Shown: positions 38,906 through 49,186, counted from the first letter of the stretch. The stretch: DNA of 64,000 nt from a virus (IMGVR_UViG_3300033182_000991:1-64000), one strand, 5' to 3'. The notes: generated by a model not told the origin, from the sequence alone. A program made the numbers and translations.

Positions 38906-41900
38906 TGGCAAAGAACATTAAAATAACACCGAAAAGTGGTATCATTGAATTCTCAGGTGCTACGAGTTCATCAATTGATTTGGGACACAATGAGAGTTCT
39001 GATGAGTTGAAGTTCTCAGGGTCATCATTAGACCCTGTTAGGTTAACGGTTAAAGGTGGTTATACATTCAACTCTGACTCTAAGGTATTGGTTGAAAATA
39101 GTGGTGAGGTTCTATCTAAAGGTCAAAAGAGAATTGATAAAGGTGGTGTATGGCAAGGACCGAGAGCTCAGGATAAGGGTATTAAAGGTTTCAAAGGTAC
39201 TAAAGGACCAAATGCTGTTACTGCTGAAACGGGTGATAAGGGTTACCGTGGTACTCAGGGTACTATTGGTGCCAATCAAGCCGTAGGTACAAGAGGTAAT
39301 CAAGGACCACAAGGAGGTATTGGTTCTCAAGGACAAAAAGGTATTAAAGGACCTGCGGGTGGTGTAGGTTCAACAGCCGACCCATCACCAGCGGGTGATA
39401 AAGGACCTACAGCACCAAAGGGACCTAAAGGTTATAAGGGTACAAAAGGTGCTAAAGGTGGTGCTGGTGACAAAGGTCAGAAAGGTAATATCGGTAATAA
39501 GGGTATTAAAGGTATTGTCGGTACATCTCCGAAAGGTTTTATTGGTCCACAAGGTTCTTCCCCACAAGGTGAGAAAGGACCTCAGGGAGACTCTCCTAAG
39601 GGTATTAAAGGTGTTAAAGGTACTAAGGGTGACCGTGGTGGTTCTGGTACTGGTGGTGATAATAACCCAGGTGCTCAAGGACCTGTCGGTGATTCAGTAC
39701 AAGGTTCAACAGGACCAACTGGTATCTCTGTTCAGGGACCTGCGGGTTCACAGGGTCCAACAGGGCCAGGTGGTGATAAGGGACCTATTGCTCCTGATGG
39801 TGCAAAAGGTTTCAAGGGTATCAAAGGAACTACAGGTGACAAAGGTATAAAAGGTATCAAAGGGGTTAAAGGTGACAAGGGTTACAAAGGACCTAAAGGT
39901 ATTAAAGGACACAAAGGTTTTATTGGTTTATCACCTCAAGGACCAAGAGGTGCCACAGGTGCATCACCTATCGGACCGCAAGGACCACAAGGAGCCTCAC
40001 CAATTGGACCACAGGGTGGTCAGGGTGGACAAGGTAATGCAACACCAGGTCCTGAAGGTGATTTAGGTTCAGCGTTCCAAGGTAGTGGAGGTGCACAAGG
40101 ACCGACAGGACCACAAGGTAATGACGGTCCAAAAGGACCGAAAGGTTATAAAGGGTCTGAAGGATTGAAAGGTCGTAAAGGTATTAAAGGTAATATCGGT
40201 AACTCACCTATTGGTCCACAAGGACCTCAAGGGGCATCCCCTCAAGGTGCTCAGGGTGCAAGAGGTAATACAGGTGCTGCTAATCCAGGTCCTCAGGGAC
40301 CAGGTGGCTCTGCTAATCCTGGTGCTCAAGGACCTGGTGGTGACAAAGGACCGACAGGTAACGATGGAGCAAAAGGTTACAAAGGTACTAAGGGAGCCAA
40401 AGGACACAAAGGTTATAAAGGTAACAAAGGTTTGAGAGGTAATTCTCCTGTGGGTCCACGTGGTGGTACAGGTGCATCACCTCAAGGTGCTCAAGGTAAC
40501 AGAGGTGGTACAGGTGCCCCTAATCCAGGTCCAAAAGGACCTATCGGTGATACAAATCAGGGTTCTACAGGTCCTCAGGGTTCTGGTGGTCCAACGGGTT
40601 ATGATGGACCAAAAGGACCTAAGGGTATCAAAGGTCCTAAAGGGTTGAAAGGACGTAAAGGGGTTAAAGGTTACATCGGAACATCTCCACAAGGACCTAT
40701 TGGTCCACAGGGTGCGTCACCAAGAGGACCACAAGGTGCGAGGGGTGGTCAAGGAGCTGCTAATCCTGGTCCAACGGGACCTACAGGTTCTTCATTTACA
40801 GGTAGTGGAGGTGACCAAGGGCCGGTCGGACCACAAGGTAATGACGGACCAAAGGGACCTAAGGGTTACAAAGGTGCTTTGGGTGCTAAAGGTCTTAAAG
40901 GTAGAAAAGGTAATATCGGTAATTCGCCAAGAGGTCCACAGGGACCACAAGGAGCATCACCACGTGGTAACACAGGTGCTCGTGGTGTGACGGGAGCCAA
41001 CAATCCAGGTCCTCAGGGTCCAGGAGGGTCTTCATTCCAAGGTAGTGGTGGTGCTCAAGGACCTACAGGTCCAGGTGCTGGTGACGGTGCAAAAGGTTAT
41101 AAAGGTATAAAGGGTTCTCTTGGTGCTAAAGGTTATAAAGGTCATAAGGGATATAGAGGAGCTTCTCCTCAGGGTCCTATTGGTCCACAAGGTTCATCAC
41201 CTAAAGGTTATAGAGGTCCACAAGGTGTTCAAGGAGCAACTAATCCAGGTCCTAAAGGTCCTGTGGGTTCAACGAATCAAGGCTCAACGGGTCCACAAGG
41301 TTCAGGTGGACCGACAGGATATGACGGTCCAAAAGGACCTAAGGGTATAAAAGGACCTAAAGGGTTGAAAGGACACAAAGGTTATAAGGGTAACATAGGT
41401 AACTCACCACAAGGACCTATCGGTCCACAAGGGGCGTCACCAAGAGGTAACCAAGGTGCGAGGGGTGGTCAAGGAGCTGCTAATCCTGGTCCTACAGGTC
41501 CTACAGGTTCTGCATTCCAAGGTTCAACAGGACCTCAAGGTCCTACTGGGCCAACTGCGGGCGATGGTGCAAAAGGTTACAAAGGTCTTAAAGGTATAAA
41601 AGGGCATAAAGGTTATACTGGTTCTTCACCACGAGGACCGCAAGGTGCTCAAGGGGCTTCCCCAAGAGGTAATACAGGTGCTGCCAATCCGGGTCCAAAA
41701 GGTCCTAAAGGATATAGTAATCCTGGTGATAAAGGACCTACAGGTAATGATGGTGCAAAAGGTTACAAAGGACTTAAGGGTAGAAAAGGACATAAAGGTT
41801 ACATCGGTAATTCTCCAAGAGGTCCTCAAGGGTCTCAAGGAGCGTCTCCAAGGGGACCGCAGGGTGCTGCCAACCAAGGTGGCACAGGTCCTACAGGTTC

Positions 41901-42840
41901 TGCATTCCAAGGGTCAACAGGTCCTCAAGGTAACGACGGAACAAAAGGTCATAAGGGATATGTAAATACTAAAGGTCATAAGGGTTATAGAGGGGGTTCA
42001 CCACAAGGACCTATCGGTCCACAAGGTGCATCCCCGAGAGGGGGACAAGGTTCTGCTAATCCAGGTCCTACAGGACCAGGTGGTTCGGCATTCCAAGGAG
42101 ATAAAGGTCCACAAGGTCCAAAAGGTCCGACAGCACCTGATGGACCACGAGGTCCAACTGGAGCTACTGGTTCACCAGGACCTGAAGGGCCAATAGGTTC
42201 AACAGGACCACAAGGTTCTGTTGGTTCTCCAGGTGCTAATGGAGTAAAAGGACCAAAAGGTCCTAAAGGTGCACAGGGTTCTGCCGGTACAGGTGGTTCC
42301 ATAGGTTCTAAAGGTCCACGTGGTCCACAGGGTGCTGCCAATCCTGGTGGTACGGGTGACAAAGGTCCAAAGGGTCCTAAGGGTTACACTGCAACTGCTG
42401 CACCTGGTCCAAAAGGTCCTAAAGGATATATTGGTAATACTGGTGGTACGGGACCAGTAGGTGGTAGAGGTCCGATTGGTTCAACAGGTTCGTCAGGTTC
42501 TTCAGATAGAAGATTGAAGAAAAACTTCCGTGAAATCAAAGATGCATTGGATAAAGTATTGAAGATGCGTGGTGTTCACTTTACATGGGTTGAAGAGAAT
42601 ACTGTTGATGGTTCATATGTACCCACAGGTCAACAAGACATTGGTGTAATTGCACAGGAAATTAAGGAACAATTCCCTGAATTGGTAAGAGAAGAGGATA
42701 GTGGTATCTTAACTGTACAATACGCATTGATGGTTTCAATTTTGACTGAGGCTATTCAACAACAAAACTCAATTTTAGATAAGAAAGAGATTGAGTTAGA
42801 ACGTTTAGAAGTACTTGCGAAATCTAAAGGATTGTTATAA
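38905..42840 (+). CDS. collagen-like fibre 3 with Peptidase_S74 chaperone
   Basis: Gly-X-Y then SDRRLKKNF..GVIAQEIKEQFPELV. Confidence 0.9.
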   Translation: MAKNIKITPKSGIIEFSGATSSSIDLGHNESSDELKFSGSSLDPVRLTVKGGYTFNSDSKVLVENSGEVLSKGQKRIDKGGVWQGPRAQDKGIKGFKGTKGPNAVTAETGDKGYRGTQGTIGANQAVGTRGNQGPQGGIGSQGQKGIKGPAGGVGSTADPSPAGDKGPTAPKGPKGYKGTKGAKGGAGDKGQKGNIGNKGIKGIVGTSPKGFIGPQGSSPQGEKGPQGDSPKGIKGVKGTKGDRGGSGTGGDNNPGAQGPVGDSVQGSTGPTGISVQGPAGSQGPTGPGGDKGPIAPDGAKGFKGIKGTTGDKGIKGIKGVKGDKGYKGPKGIKGHKGFIGLSPQGPRGATGASPIGPQGPQGASPIGPQGGQGGQGNATPGPEGDLGSAFQGSGGAQGPTGPQGNDGPKGPKGYKGSEGLKGRKGIKGNIGNSPIGPQGPQGASPQGAQGARGNTGAANPGPQGPGGSANPGAQGPGGDKGPTGNDGAKGYKGTKGAKGHKGYKGNKGLRGNSPVGPRGGTGASPQGAQGNRGGTGAPNPGPKGPIGDTNQGSTGPQGSGGPTGYDGPKGPKGIKGPKGLKGRKGVKGYIGTSPQGPIGPQGASPRGPQGARGGQGAANPGPTGPTGSSFTGSGGDQGPVGPQGNDGPKGPKGYKGALGAKGLKGRKGNIGNSPRGPQGPQGASPRGNTGARGVTGANNPGPQGPGGSSFQGSGGAQGPTGPGAGDGAKGYKGIKGSLGAKGYKGHKGYRGASPQGPIGPQGSSPKGYRGPQGVQGATNPGPKGPVGSTNQGSTGPQGSGGPTGYDGPKGPKGIKGPKGLKGHKGYKGNIGNSPQGPIGPQGASPRGNQGARGGQGAANPGPTGPTGSAFQGSTGPQGPTGPTAGDGAKGYKGLKGIKGHKGYTGSSPRGPQGAQGASPRGNTGAANPGPKGPKGYSNPGDKGPTGNDGAKGYKGLKGRKGHKGYIGNSPRGPQGSQGASPRGPQGAANQGGTGPTGSAFQGSTGPQGNDGTKGHKGYVNTKGHKGYRGGSPQGPIGPQGASPRGGQGSANPGPTGPGGSAFQGDKGPQGPKGPTAPDGPRGPTGATGSPGPEGPIGSTGPQGSVGSPGANGVKGPKGPKGAQGSAGTGGSIGSKGPRGPQGAANPGGTGDKGPKGPKGYTATAAPGPKGPKGYIGNTGGTGPVGGRGPIGSTGSSGSSDRRLKKNFREIKDALDKVLKMRGVHFTWVEENTVDGSYVPTGQQDIGVIAQEIKEQFPELVREEDSGILTVQYALMVSILTEAIQQQNSILDKKEIELERLEVLAKSKGLL
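40120..42110 (+). repeat. 240-nt collagen super-repeats plus shorter variants
   Basis: Anchors at 40121, 40361, 40601, 40841, 41081, 41321, 41561. Confidence 0.85.
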
Positions 42841-42894
42841 AAATCTATTTTGTTTTTGGGTAATATGATTAACTTTTCTTAAAAAGAACGAGTT

Positions 42895-43944
42895 ATGTTT
42901 TACAATTACAAACCTTCCAAAGAAAGATATATTGTTTATAGAACCAACGACGGTGGTATTGGTGATAGATTGATAGGTGCAATGAATGCCTTCCTGATGG
43001 CGTTCGTTAACGATTATCATTTTAGAATCCAAGACAATACTAAAACACCAATGGTTGAAGTGTTCACAAGCAATCATAACTGGTGGAAAAGAGATTGGTT
43101 TGAGACTCCCATGAAACGAGGTAGGTTAAATCTACTATCTTCTTATGATGACTTAGTACAGTATATTACAGAAGGTACCATTGAAGATTACTACCCAAAC
43201 GCGGAGTGTTTGTATTTTTACTCCAACCAAAACTTAGTACCATACTTTTTCAAAAATCCTGAATATAAATTGAAACTTGATAAGATTGGGATTACTCAAG
43301 AGAATGTATACTCTGAAATGTTCAATTACCTGTTCACCTTGGAGGACGAATATAAAAAGAACTACAACTACCTTAAGAGTAAGTTGTTCTTAGATGTTAA
43401 GTATGTAATTGGTGTACATCTTAGAACCAATTGGAATTGGGGTGATGTACCACAAATAAGTAGAAACACCGTTCAAAAGTTTATCACAGCAATCAATCAG
43501 AATTACTTACCCAATGCAAGAGTATTGGTATCATCAGATTCACAGATGGGTTATGACATGTTGAAGGAAGGTATCAAAGGTATGGATGTTGTAAGAATTT
43601 CAGGTGATGCCGTTCACATTTCAAAAGATGATAATACTAAGTTAAATGACTTATTGAAAACGGTATTTGAAATCTATCTTTTGTCTGAATCTGATTTGTT
43701 GATTGGTTCTTATTGGTCAAACTTTACACGATTGTCAGTGATGAAAAGTCCAAAGAAATCAGTGATGGTAGAAATGGAAGTGGAACCGTATGATACTGCA
43801 AATGAATCCACAAAGTATTGGGTGGAGCAAATGGGTCATTCGTTAAGTGATGTGTATACAGACATTAAAAAAGCTTTTAGATTCCCACTAACAATAAAGG
43901 GTCACACAAAGTGCGACCCCGAAGTATTGTTTACTATTAAGTAA
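42895..43944 (+). CDS. fucosyltransferase-like GT-B glycosyltransferase (NodZ/GT23/O-FucT-like)
   Basis: GGIGDRL, IGVHLR, VSSDS, LLSESDLLIGSYWSNFT. Confidence 0.75.
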   Translation: MFYNYKPSKERYIVYRTNDGGIGDRLIGAMNAFLMAFVNDYHFRIQDNTKTPMVEVFTSNHNWWKRDWFETPMKRGRLNLLSSYDDLVQYITEGTIEDYYPNAECLYFYSNQNLVPYFFKNPEYKLKLDKIGITQENVYSEMFNYLFTLEDEYKKNYNYLKSKLFLDVKYVIGVHLRTNWNWGDVPQISRNTVQKFITAINQNYLPNARVLVSSDSQMGYDMLKEGIKGMDVVRISGDAVHISKDDNTKLNDLLKTVFEIYLLSESDLLIGSYWSNFTRLSVMKSPKKSVMVEMEVEPYDTANESTKYWVEQMGHSLSDVYTDIKKAFRFPLTIKGHTKCDPEVLFTIK

Positions 43945-45592
43945 TTAAATCAAAAAGATAGTTTGAATTGTATTGGGGGTTAATCTTTTCCTCCAACATA
44001 ATTCTATTCATCGGGTAGTAATTCCAATCGTGTGATTTTGATAATTCTTCATCAAAAAGATTTAACTCAGAAGAGATAAGTCCTTCCACATAACTCACAT
44101 CTTCATTGTAGTAATGAGAATCTAATCTTCTCATCAACTCCAAAGATTGTTCAGGTGTACCAAAGAATTCTAATTTCCATCCTCTAAATGTTTTTAAGAA
44201 GTGGTCCACCCAGTGGCTACGGTCTCTGAAATACTGAGCACCAAACTCTTTCAATCTATTAAAGGTACACATCTGAGTTCCTGAGATTTCGTAGTTATTA
44301 TTCTCAAGGTCAAAATTCCAAACGAAGTGTCTCATACGTAGAGTTAAGAATTCATATTCAATATAATCATAATGGAATATATTAGATTCAATAAGACGTG
44401 AGTCCATCACTTCGTCAGTGTTTGAAATGAATATGTAATCAGTATCTTTCACATTGAGGTATTCCAACAATGGTGTAATACTATTTCTATGGTGTGATTG
44501 ACGATGGTAATATGGGTCATCATCCAATATTTCTTCAGGTTCATCAACCACGGTGTATATAATCTTATCGTCGTAGTCTTTGAATCTCCATAACTCATTC
44601 TTAAGTGTAGGTTCTTGAGGTTCACCATCGTAGGTGTATGAGGTTTCAAGGATAATGAAGTAATCCATCTCTTCATTTAACTCCTTTAATCTCATCTCTA
44701 ATACATCCAATTCACCATTGTATATGATACAGTCATATCTTTTGGGATAGTCCTCCACATCAAAGAACATAAGTTGTTCAGGGTTGGGTGGAAGATAGTC
44801 ACCCTCTACTTTGATTAACCTTTCAGTGGTACCTTTAGGTGTTTCAGGTGGTAAACCTTCTTTGATAAGGTGAGCAATATTCCTCTTAGAAGAGAAGAAG
44901 TTAGATGCGGTTTCACTGTGAGCGAAAGAGAACATCTTATCTTGAATAAACTTAGGACTACCAAACCATGATAGGTGCCAACCACAGTAGGTACGAACAA
45001 ACTCATCACTATCATCATCCCAACGAATATTCCTTAGGTGTTGGATGATATCGTTATCCTCGTCCAACTGTTTCTTTGTAATGATACTGGTACCACCCCA
45101 AATGTAATTCTTCTCCCAATTGGTATTCCATATAAACCATCTCTGTTCACAGATGACTGGTTTGATGTCCACCAATGGTTCAATCTTATACATCAAATCT
45201 AAGTCAGGTAGTTCATCAACATCAGAAACGAAGATGATGTCTTCAGGTGAAAGATTAAGTTTGTCAATACCTCTGCTGATTGCTCTACGTTGGTGGTGTT
45301 CCCTTACCCAGTTCATATTCTGAATCTCAGGGATTGCCACCAGCTCATTGATTTGTTCTTGAGTGAGGTTCTCAGGGAAGTCAGTGACGATGATGTGAGT
45401 AATCTTATCCAAATACTTTTGGTACCTCTTCTTATGTATGGTGAAGTATAATGGTTTCTCTGCACCAGTATGTGTTTTATTAGACTCTACTAATATGAAG
45501 TGGTCCACTTTGTCGTATAGTGTTTCTAATCTATACTCCAACACATCAAATTCATTGTAAAAGATAAACGAATCTACTAATTTTCTACTCAT
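43937..45592 (-). CDS. tandem GT17-like (MGAT3-like GlcNAc transferase) protein
   Basis: Two copies: FYNEFDVLEYRL..FILVESNKTHTG..SDVDE..GWHLSWF and YNGELDVLEMRL..FIILETSYTYDG..SNTDE..GWKLEFF. Confidence 0.8.
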   Translation of the reverse strand: MSRKLVDSFIFYNEFDVLEYRLETLYDKVDHFILVESNKTHTGAEKPLYFTIHKKRYQKYLDKITHIIVTDFPENLTQEQINELVAIPEIQNMNWVREHHQRRAISRGIDKLNLSPEDIIFVSDVDELPDLDLMYKIEPLVDIKPVICEQRWFIWNTNWEKNYIWGGTSIITKKQLDEDNDIIQHLRNIRWDDDSDEFVRTYCGWHLSWFGSPKFIQDKMFSFAHSETASNFFSSKRNIAHLIKEGLPPETPKGTTERLIKVEGDYLPPNPEQLMFFDVEDYPKRYDCIIYNGELDVLEMRLKELNEEMDYFIILETSYTYDGEPQEPTLKNELWRFKDYDDKIIYTVVDEPEEILDDDPYYHRQSHHRNSITPLLEYLNVKDTDYIFISNTDEVMDSRLIESNIFHYDYIEYEFLTLRMRHFVWNFDLENNNYEISGTQMCTFNRLKEFGAQYFRDRSHWVDHFLKTFRGWKLEFFGTPEQSLELMRRLDSHYYNEDVSYVEGLISSELNLFDEELSKSHDWNYYPMNRIMLEEKINPQYNSNYLFDLIT

Positions 45593-47388
45593 TTGATTAA
45601 CATTTTATTATTGATAACAACGGCGTCTATATCTGAATTATTGAAAAGTTCTATGGCTTCCTCAGGGGTTTCCACAATCGGTTGTCCATTCACATTAAGC
45701 GAAGTGTTCAATACGATTGGGACTCCTGTGTGTGTACCCAACTTCTCAATCAAACTATAGAGTTTGTCATTTATTTCTTTGGTTAGTGTTTGTACTCTCG
45801 CTGTACCATCAACATGGGTTACTGCGGGTATTTCCCACGGCTTCTTAACAGGACAAGTGTATAACATATAAGGTGAATCTACATCTATGTCAAACCATTC
45901 ACTCACTCTTTCTTTTAATACGATAGGTGCAAACGGTCTAAACCATTCTCTATGTTTCACCCTCGCGTTTAATATCTCTTTCATCTTCGGGTCCGTTGGG
46001 TTAGCTAAGAACGAACGGTGACCTAAGGCACGTGGACCGAACTCACTCCTCCCTTGAAACCAAGCGACTATCTTAGAATCGGCTAACATCTGAGCGATGA
46101 CATCTTCATCGTAGTCAATACCCGCCTCAATGTCTTCATAGTCATTACCTGTAAAACATACATCACTAATCTCAAACCTCTGACGTGGAATGTCCTCCAA
46201 ATTGTATGAACAGTAAAGTGCTGCACCGACAGATAATCCATCATCACCAGTGGCTGGATATAAGTGAAGGTCATCAAACCTCATAGTGTTCAATAACTTA
46301 TAGTTGGAGGTACAGTTCAACATAGTCCCACCAACAATACATAAGTTACCTTCGTTCATCCCATCAGTCAATGTGTAGAGTTGGTCAACATATTTTTGTA
46401 TGGTCTTCTCTAACACAAACTGAATAGATGCAGAATGATTGAACCTCTCTTCCAAAGTCATCTCCTCGTGTTTGTCTAATATTTTGGTTGGGTAAAGGAA
46501 ACTATCCATCCTTTCAATGGCTTCATTACGTTCCTCTTCAATCCAAATTCTGAGTTCTCTCCAAGGTCTTTCGGTTATGTAAGATGATGCCCAACAATTA
46601 AAGGTTACATTATCAGTATGATTGGTCATCATATGTTGTGGTTCAGAAAGTAGTTCCCAATTGTTCTTAATCTTTTCTGATACCTTTCCATATGATGAGG
46701 CTCCCATAGTCGTACCTGCTTTGAATATACCAGGTCCGAAGTCTAACATCTCAGTCATTACGGTATATAGATTTCCAATAGTTGTGTTGGGTGAACCTAT
46801 ATAAGTAATCTGATTACCATCACCTAAAAAATAGGCTGAAGACCTTTCCCCACTGATACCTGAGGCATCCAAAGAAAGGATTGCAGACCTCTCTAAGTTG
46901 TTAGTATAATATACAGACGCTGCGTGTGCTGTATGGTGGTTAATAATATTACCACCTTTAAGGACCTTACCACCTAAAAGAACATTACAACTGATGAAGT
47001 TACGTTGGTTGTAGTCCGCTAAAGGAACATAGAAATGATTGTGTTCAAATATCTCATAACCATATTCAGGATGAAGATTATTACCGTCATTGACAATACT
47101 TCTGAAGGTTGGGTGTAAAGTACCAAAAGGATATTCGTAAAGGTCTTCCTCTCTGAAGAACAATCTCACAAATGTATCGGTGTAATCTATATTACCAATG
47201 GCGACGTAATCAATATCATCAATGGTCAACCCATGAGGTTTCAAAATATAGTCAATGACTTCCCAACTAAGATATTTATCTTTCTTTATACGTGATATTC
47301 TCTCTGTGGAAACAGAAGATATTAACTGACCGTCAATCACCAAACATGCGGATGAATCGTGACCACTTGTAAGACCGAGTATTTTCAT
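45589..47388 (-). CDS. carbamoyltransferase (NodU/CmcH/TobZ family)
   Basis: GHDSSACL, HHTAHAAS, GGTMLNC, PATGDDG, EFGPRALGHRS, KHREWFRPFAP, HVDGTARVQ, LNTSLN. Confidence 0.93.
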   Translation of the reverse strand: MKILGLTSGHDSSACLVIDGQLISSVSTERISRIKKDKYLSWEVIDYILKPHGLTIDDIDYVAIGNIDYTDTFVRLFFREEDLYEYPFGTLHPTFRSIVNDGNNLHPEYGYEIFEHNHFYVPLADYNQRNFISCNVLLGGKVLKGGNIINHHTAHAASVYYTNNLERSAILSLDASGISGERSSAYFLGDGNQITYIGSPNTTIGNLYTVMTEMLDFGPGIFKAGTTMGASSYGKVSEKIKNNWELLSEPQHMMTNHTDNVTFNCWASSYITERPWRELRIWIEEERNEAIERMDSFLYPTKILDKHEEMTLEERFNHSASIQFVLEKTIQKYVDQLYTLTDGMNEGNLCIVGGTMLNCTSNYKLLNTMRFDDLHLYPATGDDGLSVGAALYCSYNLEDIPRQRFEISDVCFTGNDYEDIEAGIDYDEDVIAQMLADSKIVAWFQGRSEFGPRALGHRSFLANPTDPKMKEILNARVKHREWFRPFAPIVLKERVSEWFDIDVDSPYMLYTCPVKKPWEIPAVTHVDGTARVQTLTKEINDKLYSLIEKLGTHTGVPIVLNTSLNVNGQPIVETPEEAIELFNNSDIDAVVINNKMLIK

Positions 47389-47452
47389 TAAAAATCTACT
47401 TTATTTTTAAGTAATGATAAGTTATACTTTATGAAAATTAAACAACTTATTT

Positions 47453-48061
47453 ATGTATTATTCAGACCCATTTATTGACGACCACAAAAGTGAAGAGGTT
47501 CACTATTACACATACTATTCATTTGAAAACGTATTCAACGATGAAGATATTGAATACATAAAACAATGGGGTGCACACTTCCCTTCTTCGGACGGTGAAG
47601 TAGGTGGTGAAGACACACTCGGTATCAATGAAGATATTCGTATTAGTAAGGTAAGTTGGATTCAACTTGAAGAAGGTACTCAATGGATTTTTGATAGACT
47701 GGCTCAGTGTGCTATTACTGCGAACAAAGAGATGGGTTGGGACTTTGACCTTTCAGGATTCGGTGATGAGATTCAATACACAGAATACTTTGGTGAGAAC
47801 AATGGTCACTACTCTTGGCACGGTGATATCGGTCCAAACGTACCACATAGAAAGTTGTCTATTGTTGTTCAACTTACAGACCCTGAAGAATATGAAGGTG
47901 GTGAGTTAGAATTAAGTGCTGGTAGTTTCTTAGTTGATGCACCTAACAAAAAAGGTTCAGTCATCGTATTCCCATCATTTGTTCTACACAGAGTATTACC
48001 ACTTACCTCAGGTGAGAGAAGGTCATTGGTAAGTTGGATTTCTGGTCCAAGATTCAAGTAA
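47453..48061 (+). CDS. 2OG-Fe(II) oxygenase (prolyl-hydroxylase-like)
   Basis: WHGD, RKLS, YEGGEL, FPSFVLHRV, RRSLVSW. Confidence 0.9.
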   Translation: MYYSDPFIDDHKSEEVHYYTYYSFENVFNDEDIEYIKQWGAHFPSSDGEVGGEDTLGINEDIRISKVSWIQLEEGTQWIFDRLAQCAITANKEMGWDFDLSGFGDEIQYTEYFGENNGHYSWHGDIGPNVPHRKLSIVVQLTDPEEYEGGELELSAGSFLVDAPNKKGSVIVFPSFVLHRVLPLTSGERRSLVSWISGPRFK

Positions 48062-48062
48062 C

Positions 48063-48494
48063 ATGTTGGTAAGGTATACAGGAGGAAGTTACACTGACTT
48101 ATTCAAAGAACATGAGAAATTTATTCTATTAGTGTTCATTGATTTACAGTTGGTATTTAATCCTGGATGGAACCTATCATTATCTCCATCCTTTGGTACC
48201 ACACCAGAGCAATCTAATCACAATGTAGAGATAATGAAAAACTTCCCTGACGTGGTGTACGTTGAAACCATGCACAGTGAGGCTTACGATATGATTAATA
48301 ACTTTGGTTTTGATTATGACAATGAAATAATGGACTTACACAACGGTCATTACAAACCAATGATTGTAGGTGTAAAGAAAGGGAGAGTAGTTAGTCACTC
48401 CATCGGAAGATGTTATTGTGTTGAAACATATGTGGATATCATCCACAGTCTATATCCTGAATTATTTGAACCAACCAGTGTAAGTGAGTCTTAA
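48063..48494 (+). CDS. hypothetical protein
   Basis: 143 aa. Confidence 0.6.
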   Translation: MLVRYTGGSYTDLFKEHEKFILLVFIDLQLVFNPGWNLSLSPSFGTTPEQSNHNVEIMKNFPDVVYVETMHSEAYDMINNFGFDYDNEIMDLHNGHYKPMIVGVKKGRVVSHSIGRCYCVETYVDIIHSLYPELFEPTSVSES

Positions 48495-49184
48495 CTGTTC
48501 CACACCTGGATTTACGTGAGATACGTAATGCCACTTCCCAACACCTTTAGGTAAATCAAACAATGTCAAAGTGTTGAACTGAGGTACTTCTACTCTTTCA
48601 ACATCCATAGTATCGTGATTCATAAAGTGTAGATTACCACCGTATTGAGGTAACCAATCTTTGGTGAGTTGGTATACAAATCCTGTTGTTCCATTTGGTG
48701 AGTCTACGTGAGGGGAAAGGAAATCGCCAGGTAGATATACGGCAGCAAATACTTCATCAGTTGTAGTGACTGTTGAGTCAATCACTTCATTGATAAATGA
48801 AATAGACTCCTCACCCAACAACCATTGCCTGAGTTCACATTCAAAACAACTACAGGTAGATTGATGGTCGTCAACGGTTCTGTGGAAACAATAGGAGAAG
48901 TCTCCATTACCAAATGCTTTTGTTGCAATTGAATAGTTTTTTCTAATCTCGTCTTCATGTTCAGGTGAGAATATAACTGAGTCGAACCCATCACCTCCGT
49001 TTGATTTTGGATGAGTAGAAACTCTCCACCAATCCCTTGGCATTTCTTCGGTTAAGTAATGGTGTATACGTTCGGCGTATTCATCCTTTAAGAAGTCTTC
49101 AATGACTACTACTCTTTTAGTGATGTACTCCTCTCTGATTGACTGAATATCTAAATCAGGGTTGATGATATCTTTCAAGGTCAT
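48462..49184 (-). CDS. 2OG-Fe(II) oxygenase (OGFOD1/Tpa1-like)
   Basis: GDFLSPHVD, W..QYGGNL, PQFNTL, WHYVS, RLTYTGWF. Confidence 0.85.
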   Translation of the reverse strand: MTLKDIINPDLDIQSIREEYITKRVVVIEDFLKDEYAERIHHYLTEEMPRDWWRVSTHPKSNGGDGFDSVIFSPEHEDEIRKNYSIATKAFGNGDFSYCFHRTVDDHQSTCSCFECELRQWLLGEESISFINEVIDSTVTTTDEVFAAVYLPGDFLSPHVDSPNGTTGFVYQLTKDWLPQYGGNLHFMNHDTMDVERVEVPQFNTLTLFDLPKGVGKWHYVSHVNPGVEQLRLTYTGWFK

Positions 49185-49186
49185 AA

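Noticed and set aside
29875-42110. Periodic repeats as a possible CRISPR array
   Set aside because: Degenerate in-frame coding repeats with 240-nt period; no constant repeat/unique spacer structure and no cas genes
29087-42362. Dozens of 60-170 aa alternative-frame and antisense ORFs within the collagen genes
   Set aside because: Shadows of the GGN-rich triplet repeat (VLKV/DHKV or PCGP patterns); no independent starts or motifs
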